From an uncultured Verrucomicrobiales bacterium (GTDB lineage: Bacteria > Verrucomicrobiota > Verrucomicrobiia > Verrucomicrobiales > DEV007): a stretch of DNA of 56,870 nt. Below are positions 52,401-56,870 of the stretch, piece after piece; position 1 is the first letter of the stretch; each line of letters starts with the position of its first letter. The translations under genes and the position numbers were made by a program. The notes beneath the pieces are model-generated. The model was not told the DNA's origin and searched no databases. It saw only the letters and a list, made by a program, of their open reading frames with translations. The stretch spans positions 1 to 56,870 of the forward strand of contig CALKOM010000047.1 in NCBI GenBank assembly GCA_938091905.1. Reading direction: 5' to 3'.

Positions 52401-52434
52401 AATGATTGAACCTGATTTAGAAACGATCCAGGGA

Positions 52435-53622
52435 CTAGCCCTCGACGATTTCGTTCACCACACCAGCACCCACGGTCCGGCCACCCTCGCGGATAGCGAA
52501 ACGGATGCCCTTGTCCATAGCGATCGGGGTGATCAACTCGACTTCCATCGTGACGTTGTCACCAGGCATGACCATTTCCACGTTCTCAGGGAGTTTGATC
52601 ATTCCAGTCACGTCCGTCGTGCGGAAGTAGAACTGTGGGCGGTAGTTGCTAAAGAATGGCGTGTGACGGCCACCCTCGTCCTTCGAGAGGACGTAGACCT
52701 CAGACTTAAACTTGGTGTGCGGCTTGATGGAGCCGACTTTAGCGATGACCTGGCCACGCTCGATGTCCTCTTTCTTCGTGCCACGAAGGAGAAGACCGAC
52801 GTTGTCACCAGCCTCGCCTTGATCGAGAAGCTTACGGAACATTTCAATGTCCGTGATGGTCGTCTTGGTCGTGTCCTTAATACCGACAATCTCGACCTCT
52901 TCCATCTTCTTCACGATACCACGCTCAATACGACCGGTGGCAACCGTTCCGCGACCTTCAATTGAGAACACGTCCTCAACAGGCATGAGGAAGTCGAGGT
53001 CTACTGGTCGCTCGGGCAATGGAATGTAGTCGTCGACCGCAGCCATGAGCTTCTTGATGGCCTCTTTGTGATCAGCATCACCTTCGAGGGCCTTGAGAGC
53101 GGAACCCTTGACGATTGGAATGTCGTCGCCTGGGAACTCGTATTGGCTGAGAAGTTCGCGAACCTCCATTTCGACAAGCTCGAGAAGCTCTTCGTCGTCC
53201 ACCTGGTCCGTCTTGTTCAAGAACACGACGAGAGCAGGAACACCAACCTGGCGAGCGAGCAGGATGTGCTCACGCGTCTGAGGCATGGGGCCGTCAGCAG
53301 CGCTCACCACGAGAATTGCGCCGTCCATCTGGGCAGCACCCGTGATCATGTTCTTCACGTAGTCAGCGTGACCTGGGCAGTCCACGTGGGCGTAGTGACG
53401 ATTTGCAGTCTCATACTCCACGTGCGCCGTAGAAATCGTAATACCACGCTCACGCTCCTCGGGAGCGGCGTCGATCTCAGCGTAGTCTTTCTTCTCCGCG
53501 AAACCATCATCCGCCAGAGTATTAGTGATCGCCGCCGTCAAGGTCGTCTTGCCGTGGTCAACGTGTCCGATCGTGCCCACGTTCACGTGAGGCTTGTTTC
53601 TCTGGAATTGCTCTTTAGCCAT
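52435..53622 (-). CDS. tuf: Elongation factor Tu
   Basis: [35 protein letters not shown]. Confidence 0.99.
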   Translation of the reverse strand: MAKEQFQRNKPHVNVGTIGHVDHGKTTLTAAITNTLADDGFAEKKDYAEIDAAPEERERGITISTAHVEYETANRHYAHVDCPGHADYVKNMITGAAQMDGAILVVSAADGPMPQTREHILLARQVGVPALVVFLNKTDQVDDEELLELVEMEVRELLSQYEFPGDDIPIVKGSALKALEGDADHKEAIKKLMAAVDDYIPLPERPVDLDFLMPVEDVFSIEGRGTVATGRIERGIVKKMEEVEIVGIKDTTKTTITDIEMFRKLLDQGEAGDNVGLLLRGTKKEDIERGQVIAKVGSIKPHTKFKSEVYVLSKDEGGRHTPFFSNYRPQFYFRTTDVTGMIKLPENVEMVMPGDNVTMEVELITPIAMDKGIRFAIREGGRTVGAGVVNEIVEG

Positions 53623-53686
53623 TGTCTAGGTGCCGGAAAAGGCGGTCTTGGTTTCTTGTCTGTATAAGGTGTGTTGGATTAGTCTA

Positions 53687-53761
<75 letters not shown>

Positions 53762-53903
53762 ACTGACGGCGTTCCACCCAGAGGGTTTCGACCGAAAGCC
53801 GCTCTCTAGAAGGCCAAAGACCCTCTTGTTGCGCGTGCCTTCCTATAAAGCGAAAGACACAAGCATCGAGAGGATCTCAAAACCGCCCTGGAGAGCGAGC
53901 GGA

Positions 53904-53931
53904 AGGCTAGCCGAGCGCCCCTAGCTGTCAA
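53904..53931 (-). promoter_or_regulatory. sigma70 promoter for tRNA-Thr-tuf
   Basis: TTGACA-16 nt-TAGCCT followed by GC-rich sequence. Confidence 0.65.
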
Positions 53932-54111
53932 ACACTAATTTCGGGCTCGCCAGGGCCATTATAACCCTCATTATATAGGGGTAAATCGGTGCTTGGGCCC
54001 ATTCCTCTTGCAATGTCTCTCGCGCACTTGAAGGTCTCAGAACGCCCTTCTAAACTAGAGCATCGTTCCGGCCTTAACTCCGAGGCTCGATGATTACATC
54101 CCAATCACGCC

Positions 54112-54384
54112 ATGGAATACCAAAGTCACTCAGGACAGCAGCACCAGCCGCCACTTTACAGCGAGAAGATCATCTCGGATCGCAAGATCTTCTTCCTCGA
54201 CCTCAAGGAGAACAATCGGGGGAAATTCGTCAAGATCACCGAAGACGTTAAAGGCCGCCGGGACACGATCATGGTGCCCATCGAAGCCCTAGCCGAGTTC
54301 TACGATGCCCTCGGTCGGGTCGTCGATGAGTCCGGTGTGGAATTCCCTGATGACGAGGAGCTCGACGAAGGCCGCAAAAACTAA
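54112..54384 (+). CDS. PUR-domain (Pur-alpha-like) single-stranded nucleic acid-binding protein
   Basis: SEKI..DRKIFFLDLKENNRGKFVKITE....RRDTIMVP. Confidence 0.85.
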   Translation: MEYQSHSGQQHQPPLYSEKIISDRKIFFLDLKENNRGKFVKITEDVKGRRDTIMVPIEALAEFYDALGRVVDESGVEFPDDEELDEGRKN

Positions 54385-54499
54385 CACAACCAGAATAAAC
54401 TCTGCCACCCGAGGGATCCCACGCCCAACCTTACGAATTCGGCAGCGAATGTGCTATCGCCTGCGGTCCGTTCCACCAAAGGCCTCCATCTCTACTTCC

Positions 54500-56521
54500 A
54501 TGAAACAAACTTTCCTCACCCCTTTCCTGGTCCTGGCATGTATCTCCTCCAGTGTTGCGGACTTTGAAGTCGTCTTCGAGCACCTGATCACCGACGAGAA
54601 TAGCCCTCTTCCCATTCTCAAAGCCCAAACGGATATTCCTGCCGAAGAAACGTTCGATGGATCCTTTGCTATGGATTCGTACGGCGGACTCGAACGCTAC
54701 GACGGAAATCGACTTTTGTTAGGCATTCGAGAGAATGGAATCAATGAAACAGAGGCCGGTCACGACAGTGCGCTTGCAGCGCAGTATCCAGATCGCTCTC
54801 TCATTTGGATCGATCAAACCACAGGCGCTCCTATGGGAATTGCGTTAGAGATTGGTTCGGTCCCTGTTCCTGTCGACCAAGACTTTCTCGATGCTGGAGG
54901 CACGGAGGCGGACTACTACTTCAGCTTCGGGGTGGATGACGCGGGTGTGATCTACGCGAACCACAAGAACAGAATTCTCCGCTACGGTCCGGATGGTAAC
55001 GGGGGCTTTGGAGAGCCAACAATTGCCTACACCCACGCCAATGATGGCTCGGAGCGCTGGCACCAGTGGCGCTTTGAGACCATTAAGGTCAATGGAAGCG
55101 GAGGAGACACCGTCATCGTCGCTGGGGGCAAGACGTGGCGTCCCAACCAAGGCTACCGCGAATTCACCACGGAAGACGGCCTCACCTTCACAGAGCAGGG
55201 CATTGCGGGATTCAAGGGCGGCGGTAGCTCAATCGTCCCAGCTCCATTTGGAGAGACGGCTACGCAAGAGTGGATGTATGGCTCCCTGTATCCCGGCGGC
55301 AGCAACGGCAAGGACACTAGCATCATCCGAAACGTGCGGGACAAGGCACTTGAAGAGCCATTTGCAGGCAGCACTTATCGAGTCCAGAAAGACGAGGAGA
55401 TAGGCTACACGGCACTCTTCATTTCTGACACTGAAGTCCATCCTGATTTCCCCTATCTCGTCTCCTACTCAACACCGAGCTGGAATAGCATGTCAGAAGC
55501 CATCGCTCTGGACCCACCCACACCGGGCTGGATCGCGGTGCATGATCAATTCTTCGATCCCGATGCCATCGACGACGAAGGCCTCGCGAGACTCATCGGC
55601 CTCCACAAGATCAACGTGACAGAAGCCGCCGAACTCGCCGGCGACGCGTCGCTCTTCCATGGCACCATGGGTGAACTAACTATCAATGTGCTACCGGGCA
55701 TGCGTCCTGGCGCTGCCGAGCTTCTCTGGCACAGTGGCATCTATGGCTACGGTCGATACATCCTCGACTTTGCACCCAAGCCTATCGATATCACGAACGT
55801 GGCGCGCGTTTCGGCTGAGGAAGCCACGCTGTCCTGGACGTCCGAGACTAGCAAATTCTACACGGCCCAATCCTCCACGGACCTCACTACAGATTCCTGG
55901 TCTACCGTGGCTGATGGCATTCCAGGGGCCGAAGGCGGTGTCACCACCTTCGCCATTCCCATCTCCGCTGATGACACCCAGATTTATGTTAGAGTAGGCC
56001 TTGGCAACATCTTCGCCGAGGACTTTGAGTCTGGCGCCTCGGAATGGACGACGAGCACGCTGGACGCTCCGTTTCCAGACAGCGGGACGACACAGTGGTC
56101 ACTTGGAACACCTTCTGGCGTAGGCCCAGCTGCCGCGCACTCAGGTGATAATGTTTACGCCACCAACCTCGATTCGAACTACGGCACATTCACGAACATC
56201 ACCCTAACAAGCCCCGTCATCGATCTCACCTCGGTCGAGCGTGGCACTCTCAGATTCTGGCAGTTTACCGAAGCCTCTGATCAAGAAGGTGGTCAGTTGC
56301 GTGTCCTGAACGAAGCTGGCGATAGCATCCTCGCGGAAAGCGAGATCTACAATGTCGGCGAAGGGGACTGGTCGGAAGTCGCCCACAGCCTGCTCAACTT
56401 TGGTGACACTCAGAACTCCATCGTCGGCCAGAAAGTTCGCCTTGAGTTTCGATTCCTTAGTGACGATGTGGATGGGGACGACGGTGCCGGTTGGTACATC
56501 GACGATCTGACGATCAAATAA
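54500..56521 (+). CDS. Secreted protein with unknown N-terminal domain and C-terminal jelly-roll (MAM/choice-of-anchor-J-like) domain
   Basis: Start MKQTFLTPFLVLACISSSVA (signal peptide); FAEDFESG..W, LTSPVIDL, RLEFRF, GWYIDDL. Confidence 0.8.
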   Translation: MKQTFLTPFLVLACISSSVADFEVVFEHLITDENSPLPILKAQTDIPAEETFDGSFAMDSYGGLERYDGNRLLLGIRENGINETEAGHDSALAAQYPDRSLIWIDQTTGAPMGIALEIGSVPVPVDQDFLDAGGTEADYYFSFGVDDAGVIYANHKNRILRYGPDGNGGFGEPTIAYTHANDGSERWHQWRFETIKVNGSGGDTVIVAGGKTWRPNQGYREFTTEDGLTFTEQGIAGFKGGGSSIVPAPFGETATQEWMYGSLYPGGSNGKDTSIIRNVRDKALEEPFAGSTYRVQKDEEIGYTALFISDTEVHPDFPYLVSYSTPSWNSMSEAIALDPPTPGWIAVHDQFFDPDAIDDEGLARLIGLHKINVTEAAELAGDASLFHGTMGELTINVLPGMRPGAAELLWHSGIYGYGRYILDFAPKPIDITNVARVSAEEATLSWTSETSKFYTAQSSTDLTTDSWSTVADGIPGAEGGVTTFAIPISADDTQIYVRVGLGNIFAEDFESGASEWTTSTLDAPFPDSGTTQWSLGTPSGVGPAAAHSGDNVYATNLDSNYGTFTNITLTSPVIDLTSVERGTLRFWQFTEASDQEGGQLRVLNEAGDSILAESEIYNVGEGDWSEVAHSLLNFGDTQNSIVGQKVRLEFRFLSDDVDGDDGAGWYIDDLTIK

Positions 56522-56541
56522 GGCTTCACTGCTTGGGAGCC

Positions 56542-56870
56542 ATGAAAAGACTACTGCTCACGATAGTCCTTCTCGTTGGCACCCTTCAGGCCGACGAATT
56601 CACTGACTTCCGCCAGCAGTCCAGCACGCTTGCCATCATCGCTGGAAATGGTGCTGAGGACGATCAAAATGATTGGTCACCCAAAATGGAGGGCAAGTGA
56701 GCAACAGAGGCTGACCTTTCGCGCCCCCACATGGCCATGGCCGATGCGGAGGGTGATATCTACATCGCTGGCAAAGAGGCTCACCCGGTTCGCAAGGTGA
56801 CCACCGATGGTACGATTCACCCTATCGCCGGCACAGGAAGGCCAGGATTCAACGGCGACGGTGATGCCAA
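56542..56870 (+). pseudogene. Secreted NHL-repeat protein with in-frame TGA (56698-56700); runs off window end
   Basis: MKRLLLTIVLLVG...EGK*ATEADLSRPHMAMADAEGDIYIA...VRKVTTDGTIHPIAGTG..GFNGDG in one frame. Confidence 0.75.

Noticed and set aside
54305..54499. N-terminal extension of the 738-aa ORF (similarly 24669-24707 and 12114-12164)
   Set aside because: Overlaps the upstream gene; downstream ATGs give better starts or signal peptides

Overview
Bacterial chromosomal window, most consistent with a Verrucomicrobiota (PVC) genome. This rests on an Amuc_1098-like secretin fragment, verrucomicrobial-type secreted proteins and the tRNA-Thr-tuf-secE-nusG-rplKAJL-rpoBC gene order. (1) 1-11 kb: sulfatase fused to a probable SMP-30 domain, O-antigen-ligase-family protein, a 1020-aa DUF4175-like membrane/coiled-coil protein, pRiA4b-ORF3-domain protein, a mini-secretin lipoprotein and a frameshifted exported PPP phosphatase. 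(2) 11-29 kb, minus strand: a tightly coupled 10-gene MoxR/DUF58/BatA-VWA/PQQ-propeller/TAT-prenyltransferase-fold/VWA-GATase/DUF4175-like/TPR/NPCBM envelope operon of unknown function, followed by a headless Gfo/Idh/MocA gene. (3) 29-40.6 kb: pspC-like gene, a cluster of decaying pseudogenes, an SDR and a 1474-aa Ca-binding surface protein. (4) 40.7-53.8 kb: intact core transcription/translation cluster with several structured intergenic RNAs and no tRNA-Trp between tuf and secE. (5) PUR-domain gene, a secreted protein and a nonsense-interrupted NHL gene. The best leads are the MoxR envelope system with its fused 'Rosetta-stone' paralog, a shared ~70-aa domain on secreted proteins (candidate sorting signal), and a structured RNA in front of rplL. 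All family assignments come from motif recognition by eye; no searches were run.
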